Source: Rhizobiales bacterium Ga0077556
Lineage (GTDB): Bacteria; Pseudomonadota; Alphaproteobacteria; Rhizobiales; Phreatobacteraceae
NCBI GenBank assembly: GCA_001464235.1
Contig: LNFH01000428.1
Location: forward strand, 337 to 64,336
Length of the DNA stretch: 64,000 bases
Direction: 5' to 3'
The notes below the pieces were generated by a model. The model was not told the origin of the DNA. It did no database searches and saw only the letters and a program-made list of their open reading frames with translations. The first letter of the stretch is position 1. The number at the start of each line of letters is the position of its first letter. Position numbers and translations under genes: made by a program. Positions 46,043 through 57,097 of the stretch are shown piece after piece.

Positions 46043-46866
46043 TCAGTCCTCGCCGAGGGCGAAGATGGTCGCGTGATATTCGGCCGAGTCGGTGAAGCCG
46101 ACGTCGAAGGTCACCCACTGCGATAGACGTCGGTGACCCGCGCCTGGTGGAAGCAGGTCTTCGGCGGCAGGATGAAGGGCAGCGCGGCGCTCTGCTCGCG
46201 GAAGGCCTTGGGCGCACGGGTCGCCGCCTCCGCATCCCAGGAGGGGATCTCCGGCTTCAGCGTGACGGTGAGCGTATGGGCCTCGCCCGTGGCGCGCTCG
46301 CGGCAGGCGAGGTCGGGATCCTCGGGGACCGGCATCTGCGCGGTGACGGTGTATTTCATCGCCGTGCCGGGATGGGCGCCGATGATGTCGGGCTCGCCCA
46401 TGACGCGCACGGGGCCGGAGGTCTCGGTGAGGTCGGTGAGGGCCTGGCCGCCGAGCCGCCGCCCGGGATCGGTCAGCCGCAGGGCCCGCAGCGGCCGCTG
46501 CGTCACGCCGCGGGTCCAGCGCCGCACGGCGGCCGTGGTGGCGCTCGCCTCGTCGTCCTCGGAGAAACGGAAGCCGCGCATGGCGGCGCGGCGCGGATCG
46601 GCCGCCTCGCTGTCCCAGGCGACCTGCGTCACGCCGCGCGGGAAGCCGCGGGCGGAACGCCCGGTCGTCGCATCCACTACGTCGACGGCGAAGGCGCCCT
46701 TCTCGTTGACGCCGTCGCCGCCCTCCTGCTCGAAGCCGAAATGGCGGCCGTCGGCGGAAAAGCCGAGGATGCGCAGCTCGGGCGCCCGTCCGAGTTCCCG
46801 CGCCGCGGTGGGCGTGGCGAGGGCAGCCAGAAGGGCGAGGCAGGCGAGGGCACGGCGGGTGGGCAT
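46043..46866 (-). pseudogene. Secreted DUF2259-like protein, frameshifted near 46119
   Basis: Signal peptide; ILGFSADGRHFGFEQ; C-terminal tail WVTFDVGFTDSAEYHATIFALGED* lies in another frame. Confidence 0.55.
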
Positions 46867-46969
46867 CGGGGCGGTCCGGGTGGGGAGGGCGACGGCCGCC
46901 TTGTCGCCGATGCCGCGCTCCGCCCCATGTCGCCCGGGGATGCCGGTCGTTTCCCCTGTTGCCATCCCC

Positions 46970-47003
46970 AAAAACAAATCCCCCGGCCGCGAGGCCGGGG
47001 GAT
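46970..47003 (-). terminator. Intrinsic terminator downstream of the Bax inhibitor gene
   Basis: ATCCCCCGGCC-TCGC-GGCCGGGGGAT followed by TTGTTTTT on the minus strand. Confidence 0.8.
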
Positions 47004-47035
47004 CGTTCGATCGGGGATGCCGGATGGGCGGGCGC

Positions 47036-47881
47036 TTACTGGTCGCGCTGGCCGAGCAGGGACATCAGGAACTGGAACATGCCGACGAAGTCCATGTAGA
47101 GCTGGAGGGCGCCGAAGATGGCGGCCTTCTGCACGATGGAGCCGTCGTTCGCATAGGCCAGGCTGTAGATGTACTCGTTCTTGATGTTCTGCGTGTCGTA
47201 GGCGGTGAGGCCCGCGAAGATCAGCACGCCGACCACCGAGATGATCCACTGCAGCATGGTCGAGGGCGTGCCGGTGAAGGCGGCGATGCCGATGTTCACC
47301 AGCATGGCGATGATCAGGCCGAAGAGACCCATCATCAGGAAGGTGCCCATGCCCGAGAGGTCACGCTTGGTGGTGTAGCCCCACAGCGACAGCGCGCCGA
47401 AGGAGGCGGCCGTGATGAAGAACACCCGGGCGACCGAGGTGTGGGCATAGACCAGCAGGATCGTGGTCATCGAGACGCCGACGAGCGCCGCATAGACCCA
47501 GAAGGTGATCTGGGCGGCGGGGGCGCTGAGACGATCGGCGCGGAAGGAGAGCAGCATCACCACGCCGAGCGGGGCGAGGATGACGACGAACTTGAACCAG
47601 CTCGCGAACAGGAAGGCGCCGAAGGGCGTCAGGTACTGGCCGCCGGCCACGCGCATGGCACCACGCGCCGTGCGGGCGGCGAGGTTCACGTCGCCCGTCA
47701 CCGAGAGCATGTAGATGCCGAGGGCCGCCAGACCGGTGATGGCGAGGCCGATCATCATGTAGTTGTAGACGCCGACCATGTAGGAGCGAAGGCCCTGGTC
47801 GATCTGGGCCTGCTGAACGGCCGTCGGCTGGCCGTAACCGTAGCCACCGTAGGCCTGGGCATTCGGATCGTAGTGCGACAT
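47036..47881 (-). CDS. Bax inhibitor-1/YccA family membrane protein
   Basis: IDQGLRSYMVGVYNYM, GYTTKRDLS, LTAYDTQNIK, GALQLYMDF. Confidence 0.92.
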   Translation of the reverse strand: MSHYDPNAQAYGGYGYGQPTAVQQAQIDQGLRSYMVGVYNYMMIGLAITGLAALGIYMLSVTGDVNLAARTARGAMRVAGGQYLTPFGAFLFASWFKFVVILAPLGVVMLLSFRADRLSAPAAQITFWVYAALVGVSMTTILLVYAHTSVARVFFITAASFGALSLWGYTTKRDLSGMGTFLMMGLFGLIIAMLVNIGIAAFTGTPSTMLQWIISVVGVLIFAGLTAYDTQNIKNEYIYSLAYANDGSIVQKAAIFGALQLYMDFVGMFQFLMSLLGQRDQ

Positions 47882-48068
47882 GGAAGAACCTCTGGCTTTC
47901 CCCTTGAGACGGTCCGCGACGGGTCCGTCATCCGACACGCAATATGGCTGAGGCCATGGCGGAAACAAGGCCCTCCCGCTCGCCGGTCCAGCATTGGCGG
48001 GACTTCGCGTCCCTTTGTCGCAAGTTTGCGCCGGCCCGCGGCGGCGGGTCACCCGGTGCTTTGCCCGC

Positions 48069-50617
48069 TCACATGTTGCGCAGCACCGGGGCGGGTTTCT
48101 CGCCGAGGGCCCGCCAGGTGCCGACGAGGCCGAAGCCGACGGTCAGCACGATGGCCAGCACGATGATGAAGAGGGCCTGCAGGGGGGCGAAGGCGAAGGG
48201 GATGTTCATCACCTGCGTCGTCACCACCCAGGCGGTGACGCAGCCGCTGGCGAGGCCGAACAGCGCCGTGACGGTGCCGAGCAGGGCATATTCCGTCGCA
48301 TAGGTGCGGATCAGCATGGCGCGCGGCGCCCCGAGCGTCTTCAGGATCACCGCGTCGTAGACCCTCGCCCGGTGGCCGGCGGCGAGCGCCCCGGCCAGCA
48401 CCAGGATCGCCGCCACCAGCGTCACCACGCTGGCGCCGCGGATGCCCGTGGCGATCTGCGTCGCGAGCTGGCCGACCGCCTCCAGCGCGTCCTTCACCCG
48501 GACCGTGGTCACCGCCGGGAAGGCGGCCGCCACCTGCTGCAGGAGGCCGATCTCGGTCTCCGCGCTCGCCGGCTGGCGATAGGTGAGGGTGGCGAGGTGG
48601 GAATGCGGCGCGCCGCGGAACGTGTTCGGCGAGAACACGACGATGAAGTTGATGCCGAGATTGTCCCACTGGATGTGCCGGAAATTGGCGATCCGCGCGG
48701 TGATGTTGCGGCCGAGCACGTTGACCGTCACCTCGTCGCCGAGCTTCAGCCCGAAGCCGCGGCCCATCCGCTCGTCGAACGAGACGAGCGGCGGACCGTT
48801 GTAGTCGGCCGGCCACCATTCGCCGGAGGTGATGCGCGAATTGCGCGGGACCGTCTCGCCATAGGTGATGCCGCGGTCGCCGCGCAGCGCCCAGGCGATG
48901 TCGTCGCTGGCGCGGATCTCCTCGACCGGGCGGCCGCCGAGCCGCACGAAGCGGCCGCGCAGCATGGGCACGCGGTTGAGGTCGGCGCCCGCGGCGCATC
49001 CGAATTGACGATGTCGACGAAGAAGAAGGACGGCGCCCGTTCGGGGAGCGCGTCCTCGATCTGCCGGCGGAAGCTCGCATCGACCAGGGCGATCACCGCC
49101 AGCAGCGTCAGCCCGAGGCCGAGGGAGAGCACCACCGAGGGGGTGAGCGCGCCGGGCCGGTGCAGGTTCGACACGGCGAGCCTCAGGCTGGTGCGGCGCG
49201 AGCGCGGCATCCGCGCCGCCAGCGCCATGATCCCGGCCGCCACCAGCCGCAAGGCCACGAAGATGCCGGCAGCGCCCGCCATGAAGCCCATGGCGAGGCG
49301 CGGATTGAACGAGGTGACGACCGAGAGCGTCACCAGCACGGCGAGCGTGGCGGCGACGAGGGCGAGGTAGCGCGGGCGCGGCCAGCGCCGCTCCCCGTCC
49401 ACCGTGTCGCGGAACAGCGCCGAGACCGGCACGTCGTGGGCGCGGCCGAGCGGCCAGAGCGCGAAGGCGAGCGCCACGAGGAGGCCATAGGCCGCCGCGG
49501 TGGCGAGTTCGCCCGGCTGGACGCTGGTCGCGACGGGAATGGGGATGGCCGATCCGAAGGCCGCCACCACCGCCGCCGGCAGGGCAGCGCCGAAGGCGAG
49601 GCCGATGGCGGTGCCGACCAGCGCGAGGAGGCCGACCTGGGTCAGGGTCGCGGCGAAGACCATGCCGCCGGTGGCGCCCAGCGCCTTCAGCGTCGCGATG
49701 TCGTCGCGCTTGCGGTCGACGAGGCTCGCCACCGCATTGGCGACGCCGACGCCGCCGACCAGCAGCGCGGTGAGGCCGACGAGGGTGAGGAACTGCGAGA
49801 AGCGTTCGATCTGGGTCGTCAGCTGCGGCGAGGCGTTCATCCGGGTGCGGATCTCGAAGCCGGCATCGGGGAAGCGGCCGCGGATGTCCGCGATCACGCG
49901 GCGCAGGTCGGCATCGCTCGCCTGGGTCGAACCGAGGTCGAGCTGGTACATCCAGCGGATCAGCGATCCCGGCTGGATCAGGCCGGTCTGGCGGAACGTG
50001 TCGAGGGAGAGGAGCAGGCGCGGCCCGAAACCGAGGCCGCCGGCGAGCCTGTCCGGCTCGCTGCGGATGACGCCGGCGATCCGCACGGGCAAGTCGCCGA
50101 GGATCACCTCGTCGCCGACGGCGACGCCGAGGCGCACCAGCAGCGCCGGCTCGACCAGAACGCCGGCCCGGCCGTCGCGGACGGCGAGGGCGTCGCGCGT
50201 CGATGCCGCCGGCTCGCTCTCCAGCGTGCCGACCAGCGGGTAGAGGCCCGGGTCCACCGCCTTGATCTCGACCAGCGAGGATTTGGCGGCATCGCCGAGG
50301 GCGGGGGTGCGCGCCATGGCGCGCGTCGTCGCCATGGTGGCGACCGTGCCGCGTTCGGCGAGCGCCGCGATGATGGCGTCGGGCAGTTCCCGGTGCAGCA
50401 CCTGGAACGAGGCGTCGGCGCCGAGGATCACCCGGCCCTCGCGCGCCAGACCCTCGACGAGCCCGCGGGCGAAGGAGCCGACGCCGGCGATCGCCGCGAC
50501 CCCGAGCGCGATGCAGGCGATGAAGGTGCCGAAGCCCCTAAGGCCGCCGCGCAGGTCGCGCAGGCCCAGGCGGATGGCGGTCGGCAGGCGGCTCGGCCGC
50601 GCCACGAAGCCGCTCAC
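48069..50617 (-). pseudogene. YbbP-like FtsX-family ABC permease, frameshifted near 48990
   Basis: RDLRGGLRGF..APSFFFVDI, then other frame GADLNRVPMLRGR..LRGDRGITY; GTG start overlaps the ATPase stop. Confidence 0.85.
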
Positions 50618-51339
50618 GCCACCGTCTCCGGCGCGCGGCTGTCCTCGACGATGACGCCGGAGCGCAGGCGAACCACGCGGTCGCAGCGCTCGGCCAGGGC
50701 CCGGTCGTGGGTGACGAGCACCAGCGTCGCGCCGCGCTCCGCCTGCTTGGCGAACATCAGGTCGATGATGGTGCGGCCGGTGGTCTCGTCGAGATTGCCG
50801 GTCGGCTCGTCGGCGAAGAGGATCTCGGGGCGCACCGACAGGGCCCGCGCCAGCGCCGTGCGCTGCTGCTCGCCGCCGGACATCTGCGTCGGATAGTGGT
50901 TGAGCCGCGTGCCGAGGCCGACCGCGTCGAGTTCGTCGGCCGCCCGGTCGAAGGCGTCGCGCGCCCCGGCGAGCTCCAGCGGCACGGCGACGTTCTCCAG
51001 CGCCGTCATGGTCGGGATCAGGTGGAAGGACTGGAAGACGATGCCGGCATGGCGGCCGCGGAAGCGCGCCAGCGCATCCTCGTCGAGGCCGGTGATGTCG
51101 GTGCCCGCCACGGTCACGCGGCCGGAATCCGGACGTTCGAGCCCGGCCATGACCATGAGCAGCGTCGACTTGCCCGAGCCCGAGGGGCCGACGAGGCCCA
51201 CCGACTGGCCGGCCGCGATGGACAGCGACAGGCCCTTGAGGATGTGGACGCGCGAGGCGCCGCGCCCGAGCGACAGCTCGACCTTGTCGATGGCGATGGC
51301 GGGGCGGGCCAGGTGCGGCGGGTCGGTCGGCAGGGGCAT
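50614..51339 (-). CDS. YbbA-like ABC ATP-binding protein
   Basis: [26 protein letters not shown]. Confidence 0.92.
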   Translation of the reverse strand: MPLPTDPPHLARPAIAIDKVELSLGRGASRVHILKGLSLSIAAGQSVGLVGPSGSGKSTLLMVMAGLERPDSGRVTVAGTDITGLDEDALARFRGRHAGIVFQSFHLIPTMTALENVAVPLELAGARDAFDRAADELDAVGLGTRLNHYPTQMSGGEQQRTALARALSVRPEILFADEPTGNLDETTGRTIIDLMFAKQAERGATLVLVTHDRALAERCDRVVRLRSGVIVEDSRAPETVA

Positions 51340-51432
51340 GGTATCGGGATCGCTCGCATCGGGCCGCACGTTGCGGCATTGCACCTAAGACCCTAGATGG
51401 CACCGGTATCCGCCTTTGGGAAGGGAACCCCC

Positions 51433-52080
51433 GTGCGACAGTTCGTGATCGGCCTGACCGCCCTCCTCCTCGGCCTCGCCACCCTTCCGGCCGGGGCCCA
51501 GCAGGCCCGGCCCGTCAGCATCGTCGCCCTCGGCGACAGCCTCACCGCCGGCTATGGCCTCGGGCCCGCAGATGCCTTCCCCGTCCGTCTGCAGGCGGCG
51601 CTGAAGGCGAAGGGCCTCGACGTGACGGTGCAGAACGCCGGCGTCTCCGGCGACACCTCGTCCGGCGGGCTGGAGCGGCTCGACTGGGCGGTGGGCGAGG
51701 GCGTCGACGCCGTCATCCTCGAGCTCGGCGCCAACGACGCCCTGCGCGGCATCGACCCCGCCGTCACCCGGCGCAACCTCGACACGATCATCACCCGGCT
51801 CAAGGAGAAGCGGATCGCCGTCCTCCTCACCGGCATGCTGGCGCCGCCCAACATGGGCGGCCCCTTCGCCGCCGCCTTCAACCCGATCTTCCCCGAGCTC
51901 GCCGCGAAGCACGGCGTCCTCTTCGATCCCTTCTTCCTCGACGGCGTCGCCGCCGATGCCTCGCTCAACCTCTCCGACGGCATGCATCCCAATGCGAAGG
52001 GCGTCGATGTCATCGTCCGGCGCATCCTGCCGAAGGTCGAGGAGCTGATCGCCGAGGTCCGGTCTCGCCGCGGCGGTTGA
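51433..52080 (+). CDS. tesA: Arylesterase / acyl-CoA thioesterase I (SGNH)
   Basis: GDSLTAGYG, NAGVSGDT, LGANDALRG, DGMHPN; divergent from ybbA; start 51397/51433. Confidence 0.88.
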   Translation: MRQFVIGLTALLLGLATLPAGAQQARPVSIVALGDSLTAGYGLGPADAFPVRLQAALKAKGLDVTVQNAGVSGDTSSGGLERLDWAVGEGVDAVILELGANDALRGIDPAVTRRNLDTIITRLKEKRIAVLLTGMLAPPNMGGPFAAAFNPIFPELAAKHGVLFDPFFLDGVAADASLNLSDGMHPNAKGVDVIVRRILPKVEELIAEVRSRRGG

Positions 52081-52138
52081 CCGGGGCCCGCCGGCCCCCT
52101 ACCCACACCACACATCCCCGCAGCGATCGGTATCCCGC

Positions 52139-53194
52139 ATGCAGACCCGTTCCCTCGGCCGCACCGGCCTGTCCGTTCCCGTCATCTGCCTCGGCACCAT
52201 GACCTTCGGAGAGCAGAACACCGAGGCGGAGGGCCATCAGCAGATGGACTACGCCGTGTCCCGCGGCGTCACCTTCTTCGACACGGCGGAGATGTATGCG
52301 GTGCCGCCGAAGGCCGAGACCTATGGCGCCACCGAGCGGATCATCGGCTCCTGGCTGAAGAAGCGTGGCCGGCGCGACGACATCCTCATCGCCTCGAAGA
52401 TCGCGGGCGCCGGCGCCATGACGTGGCTGCGCCCGGACGGCGCGCCGACGCGCCTCACCCGCGCGCAGATGCAGATCGCCCTCGACCAGAGCCTGAAGCG
52501 GCTCGGCACCGACTACATCGACCTCTACCAACTGCACTGGCCGGAGCGGCCGGCCCCCTTCGGTGCCAATCCGAGCCGGTTCGACGGCGAGGGCTGGACC
52601 CCCCGCGCCGACGAGACGTCGATCGCCGAGCAGCTCGAAACCCTCGGCGACTTCGTCAGGGCCGGCAAGGTGCGCTTCATCGGCCTCTCCAACGAGAGCG
52701 CCTGGGGCACCATGACCTTCCTCAAGGAGGCCGAGGCGCGCGGCCTGCCGCGGGTGCAGAGCGTCCAGAACGCCTATCACCTGCTGAACCGCACCTTAGA
52801 GACCGCCCTCGCCGAGGTGACGCTGCGCGAGCAGGTGGGCCTGCTCGCCTATTCGCCCCTCGCCCAGGGATTTCTCACCGGCAAGTACCTGGACGGCGCC
52901 CGTCCCGCCGGCGCCCGCGTCACCCTCTTCGACCGCCAGCAGCGCTACCAGAAGCCGGGCTCGGAGGAGGCCGTCCGCGACTATGTCGCCATCGCCCGCC
53001 AGGCCGGCCTCGATCCCGCCGTCATGGCCATCGCCTTCGTGGCGAGCCGTCCCTTCGTCACCTCCGCCATCATCGGTGCCACCTCCATGGCGCAGCTGAA
53101 GACGGCCATCGACGCCGGCGAGACGGTGCTCTCGCCCGACATCCTCGCGGCGATCGACGCCGTCCACCAGCTCAGGGGCAATCCGGCCCCCTGA
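52139..53194 (+). CDS. tas: Aldo/keto reductase (Tas-like)
   Basis: CLGTMTFGEQN, DTAEMY, DLYQLHWPER, GLSNESAWG. Confidence 0.85.
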   Translation: MQTRSLGRTGLSVPVICLGTMTFGEQNTEAEGHQQMDYAVSRGVTFFDTAEMYAVPPKAETYGATERIIGSWLKKRGRRDDILIASKIAGAGAMTWLRPDGAPTRLTRAQMQIALDQSLKRLGTDYIDLYQLHWPERPAPFGANPSRFDGEGWTPRADETSIAEQLETLGDFVRAGKVRFIGLSNESAWGTMTFLKEAEARGLPRVQSVQNAYHLLNRTLETALAEVTLREQVGLLAYSPLAQGFLTGKYLDGARPAGARVTLFDRQQRYQKPGSEEAVRDYVAIARQAGLDPAVMAIAFVASRPFVTSAIIGATSMAQLKTAIDAGETVLSPDILAAIDAVHQLRGNPAP

Positions 53195-53569
53195 CGGACC
53201 GGCACCCTCCGGAGAAACCGCTTGGAATCCGCCGGCGGACGGGCTAAACATGGTTTCATAAGATTCGAAGCGGTCCGGGGTCATATCCGCGCGTCGAACG
53301 CAACATCAAACAGGTCTGGTGGGGTTTGGTACGTCGGAGCCAGGGCGCGAGGGGCGCCATGAATCCGATCCCGAATGAAGGACGAGGCGCGCACGAGGCG
53401 CGAAGGGCGGGACGCTCGAGCGTCGCCCTGAACCCTGAAGATCGTTGAAAGGCCGAACGCGGCAAGGCCGGGCGCAGGGCGCCTGCGAGGTCTGTCTGCG
53501 AGCGGCTTCAGAATCCGGACGCATCGCTTGGACGCGTGCTCCGCTTGAGGAGGTCGATAAAGGACCGAC

Positions 53570-54604
53570 ATGAGAAACAGCAACAACAAGCGCATGCGCG
53601 GCCGCAACAACCGCGGCGGCGGCAAGGGCCCCAATCCGCTCTCGCGAAGCTACGAGTCCAACGGACCCGACGTGAAGATTCGCGGCACGGCCCAGCATGT
53701 GGCGGAGAAGTATCTCCAGCTGGCGCGCGATGCCCATTCCTCCGGCGATCCCGTCTCGGCCGAGAGCTATCTCCAGCACGCCGAGCACTATTTCCGCCTC
53801 ATCGCCGCCGCCCAGGAGGCGCTCCGCCAGCAGCAGGCGCCGCGCGTCGAGGGCCAGCAGGTCGACGACGAGGGGGACGATGACGACGACGACGATTTCG
53901 CCTCGCCCTTCGACAAGCGCTTCGAATCGCCCGTCCAGGCGAAGCCCGAACTGCCGCCGCAGCAGCAGCCCCGCGATTTCGGCGGCCAGCCGCGCGACTT
54001 CCAGGGCCAGCGCGACTTCCAGGGGCAGCGCGATTATCAGGGCCAGCGCGACTTCCAGGGGCAGCGCGAGCCGCGCGACTACCAGGGCCAGCGTGACTTC
54101 CAGGGCCAGAACCGCGGCGACCGCGATCGCTTTCCCGGCGGCCAGCGCTTCCCCGACCGGCAGGACCGGCAGGACCGTCCCCGTCCCCAGCCCGAGGTGG
54201 TGAGCGGCGAGCAGCCCGACATCGCCGGTCCGGGACCGGACGGCGAGGGCGGCCAGCCCCGCGACGGCCGTCCCTATGAGAGCCGCCGCGAGCGCTTCGA
54301 GCGTCGCCGCGCCGAGCGCTTCGCCGAGCGCCAGGCCCGCCGCGAGGCCGGCGGTTTCGACGCCGACGGTCCGGATGGCGGGGATCACCAGCCCCATGCC
54401 GCTCCGGCCCAGCCGGCACCCGCCGCGCGCGACGAGGATGCGGGTCTCGGCCTGCCCTCCTTCATCACCGGCGGCGCCGCCGTGGTGCCTGCCGTCGCCG
54501 AGGAGCGGGAGGCGCCCGCCCCCCGCGTGCGCAAGCGCCGGACGCCGCGCGTCGAGGATGATCCGGCCGCCCCGGCCGGCGAGAAGACCCCCGCCGCCGA
54601 GTAA
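53570..54604 (+). CDS. DUF4167 domain protein with long disordered tail
   Basis: YESNGPDVKIRGTAQHVAEKYLQLARDA..QHAEHYFR. Confidence 0.9.
   Translation: MRNSNNKRMRGRNNRGGGKGPNPLSRSYESNGPDVKIRGTAQHVAEKYLQLARDAHSSGDPVSAESYLQHAEHYFRLIAAAQEALRQQQAPRVEGQQVDDEGDDDDDDDFASPFDKRFESPVQAKPELPPQQQPRDFGGQPRDFQGQRDFQGQRDYQGQRDFQGQREPRDYQGQRDFQGQNRGDRDRFPGGQRFPDRQDRQDRPRPQPEVVSGEQPDIAGPGPDGEGGQPRDGRPYESRRERFERRRAERFAERQARREAGGFDADGPDGGDHQPHAAPAQPAPAARDEDAGLGLPSFITGGAAVVPAVAEEREAPAPRVRKRRTPRVEDDPAAPAGEKTPAAE
53972..54109 (+). repeat. 18-bp coding tandem repeat (RD[F/Y]QGQ x6 plus one variant)
   Basis: CGCGACTTCCAGGGCCAG-type units at 53993, 54011, 54029, 54047, 54074, 54092; variant RDFGGQ at 53972. Confidence 0.9.
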
Positions 54605-54726
54605 GGCCGGCACCGATGGACTGCGCGAGGGCGTGCCGAAAGGCGCGCCCTTATGCGTTCTGGGAGCTTGCCCTCGGACGGCCGGACCGCTAGAGCGCGC
54701 CGACACGCGAAACGGGGGACCCGACC

Positions 54727-55839
54727 ATGGCCACGCACAAGCTTCTCATCCTGCCCGGCGACGGCATCGGTCCCGAGGTCATGGCGGAGGTCGAGAAGGT
54801 CGTCGGCTGGTTCGGCAGCCAGGGCATCGCCGCCTTCGAGACGGAGCACGGCCTGGTCGGCGGCAGCGCCTACGACGCCCACGGCGAGGCCATCTCCAAC
54901 GCCGACATGGCCCTCGCCCAGGCGGCGGACGCCGTGCTCTTCGGCGCCGTCGGCGGCCCGAAATGGGCTGACGTGCCCTATTCCAAGCGGCCCGAGGCGG
55001 GCCTCCTGCGCCTGCGCAAGGATCTCGGCCTCTTCGCCAACCTGCGGCCGGCCATCTGCTTCCCGGCGCTCGCCGCCGCCTCGTCCCTCAAGCCGGAGGT
55101 GGTCGAGGGGCTCGACATCCTCATCGTCCGCGAACTGACCGGCGGCGTCTATTTCGGCGAGCCGAAGGAGATCGTCACCCTCGAGGACGGCCAGCAGCGC
55201 GGCATCGACACCCAGCTCTACACGACCTCCGAGATCGAGCGCATCACCCGCGTCGCCTTCGAGCTCGCCAGGACCCGCCGCAACAAGGTCTCCTCCGCCG
55301 AGAAGCACAACGTCATGAAGACCGGCGTCCTGTGGAAGCAGGTCGTGACCCGCGTCCACAAGGCCGAGTTCGCCGACGTGGAGCTGGAGCACGTGCTCGC
55401 AGACAACTGCGCCATGCAGCTCGTCCGCTGGCCGAAGCAGTACGACGTCATCGTCTGCGACAACCTCTTCGGCGACATCCTGTCCGACGTCGCGGCCATG
55501 CTGACCGGCTCGCTCGGCATGCTGCCCTCCGCCTCGCTCGGCGCCGAAGACCCTGTCTCCGGCAAGCGCAAGGCCCTCTATGAGCCGGTCCACGGCTCGG
55601 CCCCCGACATCGCCGGCAAGGGCGCCGCCAATCCGATCGCGACGATCTCGTCCTTCTCGATGGCGCTGCGCTATTCGTTCAAGGCGATCGAGGCCGCCGA
55701 CATGCTCGACAAGGCGGTGACCAACGTCCTCGCCTCCGGCCTGCGGACGGCGGACATCCGCTCCGACAACACCCATGTGGTCGGCACCGCCGGCATGGGC
55801 GACGCCATCATCAAGGAGCTCCGGCACCTCGCCGGCTGA
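54727..55839 (+). CDS. leuB: 3-isopropylmalate dehydrogenase
   Basis: [38 protein letters not shown]. Confidence 0.97.
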   Translation: MATHKLLILPGDGIGPEVMAEVEKVVGWFGSQGIAAFETEHGLVGGSAYDAHGEAISNADMALAQAADAVLFGAVGGPKWADVPYSKRPEAGLLRLRKDLGLFANLRPAICFPALAAASSLKPEVVEGLDILIVRELTGGVYFGEPKEIVTLEDGQQRGIDTQLYTTSEIERITRVAFELARTRRNKVSSAEKHNVMKTGVLWKQVVTRVHKAEFADVELEHVLADNCAMQLVRWPKQYDVIVCDNLFGDILSDVAAMLTGSLGMLPSASLGAEDPVSGKRKALYEPVHGSAPDIAGKGAANPIATISSFSMALRYSFKAIEAADMLDKAVTNVLASGLRTADIRSDNTHVVGTAGMGDAIIKELRHLAG

Positions 55840-55882
55840 GGCCGCAGGGGCGGCGGCGGGCGCCTCCCCGCCGGTCCGCCCG

Positions 55883-56137
55883 TCAGGTGCGGAAGTCGAC
55901 GTTGATGCCCGGCTTGGTCATCTGCTTCGGCTGTTTCGACGTGCCGATGGTGGCGGTGAAGCCCTCGAGCCGCGAGAGATGCTGGCGCGCCTCCGGCGAC
56001 AGCGTCACCGTGACGTTGGCCGTCTTGATGCGGGGCGCGCTGTCCGCGGGCCGCACGGCGCTGGCCGCGGACTGTCCGCCCGTGGCGCTGCCGCCCGCCG
56101 GGCCGACTGCGCCCGTACCGATCTGACCGACGGCCAT
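55883..56137 (-). CDS. Small hypothetical protein
   Basis: GGAGGAGG RBS before ATG; VTVTLSPEAR and C-terminal GINVDFRT. Confidence 0.65.
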   Translation of the reverse strand: MAVGQIGTGAVGPAGGSATGGQSAASAVRPADSAPRIKTANVTVTLSPEARQHLSRLEGFTATIGTSKQPKQMTKPGINVDFRT

Positions 56138-56178
56138 CGCTGCCTCCTCCATCCGAATGTGAGGAGACCATGAAGAAA

Positions 56179-56198
56179 CATGGTTAACCGAGGGTAAA
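56179..56198. promoter_or_regulatory. CtrA-like box
   Basis: TTAA-CCGAGGG-TAAA; reads TTAACCAT on the minus strand. Confidence 0.6.
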
Positions 56199-56228
56199 CG
56201 CCCTGCGCGGGTCCGGCACGCGCCGCCG

Positions 56229-57035
56229 TCAGAGGCGGTTGAGGCGGAGCGGCGAGGGCCGGCCGCCGCGCTCGGAGACCACCGGGGTCGCCTGCGTCGC
56301 GGCCGGGGTGGACGGGCAGGGAAGGCGGGCGAGCTCCGCCCGGGCGAAGAGGCTGGCGATGGCGGCGTCGCGCACGCCCACCGTGAACAGCCTGTCGACG
56401 AAGCACGAGGCGTCCTGGCGGCTGACGATCTCGGGGCCGCCGCTGCACACCCAGCCCGTGACGCGGATCCCCGCCTCGCTCTCGCGCAGCGCGAAGCCGA
56501 GGCAGGCCTTGCTGCCCTCGTCCGTGTCGATGGTCATGTCGGCGGTCTGCATCGGGCCGAACTTGGTGGCGAGCGGGATGGGATTGGGGGCGACCGTCGC
56601 CGACACGCCGAGGTCCGAGACGACGGCGCCGAGATCGGTGACCGCGGTGGCCGGCGCCATCTCGCCGCGATCGACGACGAGCGCCGCATGGCGGCGGGCA
56701 TCCTCGGCCGAACCGAAGCGGAAGACCTCGCGCGCCAGCCCGTCGGACCGGCGGAACATCGCGACCTCCTGGCCGAGCGGCCGCCAGCGGGGCGCGTCGA
56801 CGTCGAAGCCGCCGTGGCGCGCCGTCACCGGGCGCCAGACCGGCACGGGGTCGGCGGCCTCCTCGGCGACGAGGGACGGACGGATCGGCTCCGCCGCCGG
56901 CCGGTCGCCTCCCGCAAGGTTGACCAGCAGCACGACCGGCAGCGCCGCCATGATGGCGAAGGCGCCGAGGGCGAGCAGCGCCGGTGCTGTCCGCCTGTCC
57001 GGCAGCCTGACGACCTCTCCAACCGTTGTGCGCAA
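56229..57035 (-). CDS. Hypothetical membrane-anchored protein
   Basis: Single TM; TKFGPM, CLGF, GWVC, CFVDRL, LFARAE; start uncertain. Confidence 0.65.
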   Translation of the reverse strand: MRTTVGEVVRLPDRRTAPALLALGAFAIMAALPVVLLVNLAGGDRPAAEPIRPSLVAEEAADPVPVWRPVTARHGGFDVDAPRWRPLGQEVAMFRRSDGLAREVFRFGSAEDARRHAALVVDRGEMAPATAVTDLGAVVSDLGVSATVAPNPIPLATKFGPMQTADMTIDTDEGSKACLGFALRESEAGIRVTGWVCSGGPEIVSRQDASCFVDRLFTVGVRDAAIASLFARAELARLPCPSTPAATQATPVVSERGGRPSPLRLNRL

Positions 57036-57097
57036 GACCCGCTCTCCGTTCGACGGGGCGAGCCTGCCAGCGAAGCGACCACCGCGGGGTTGAGCGG

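Noticed and set aside
53972-54109. Possible CRISPR-like array
   Set aside because: Contiguous in-frame 18-bp units with no spacers and no cas genes
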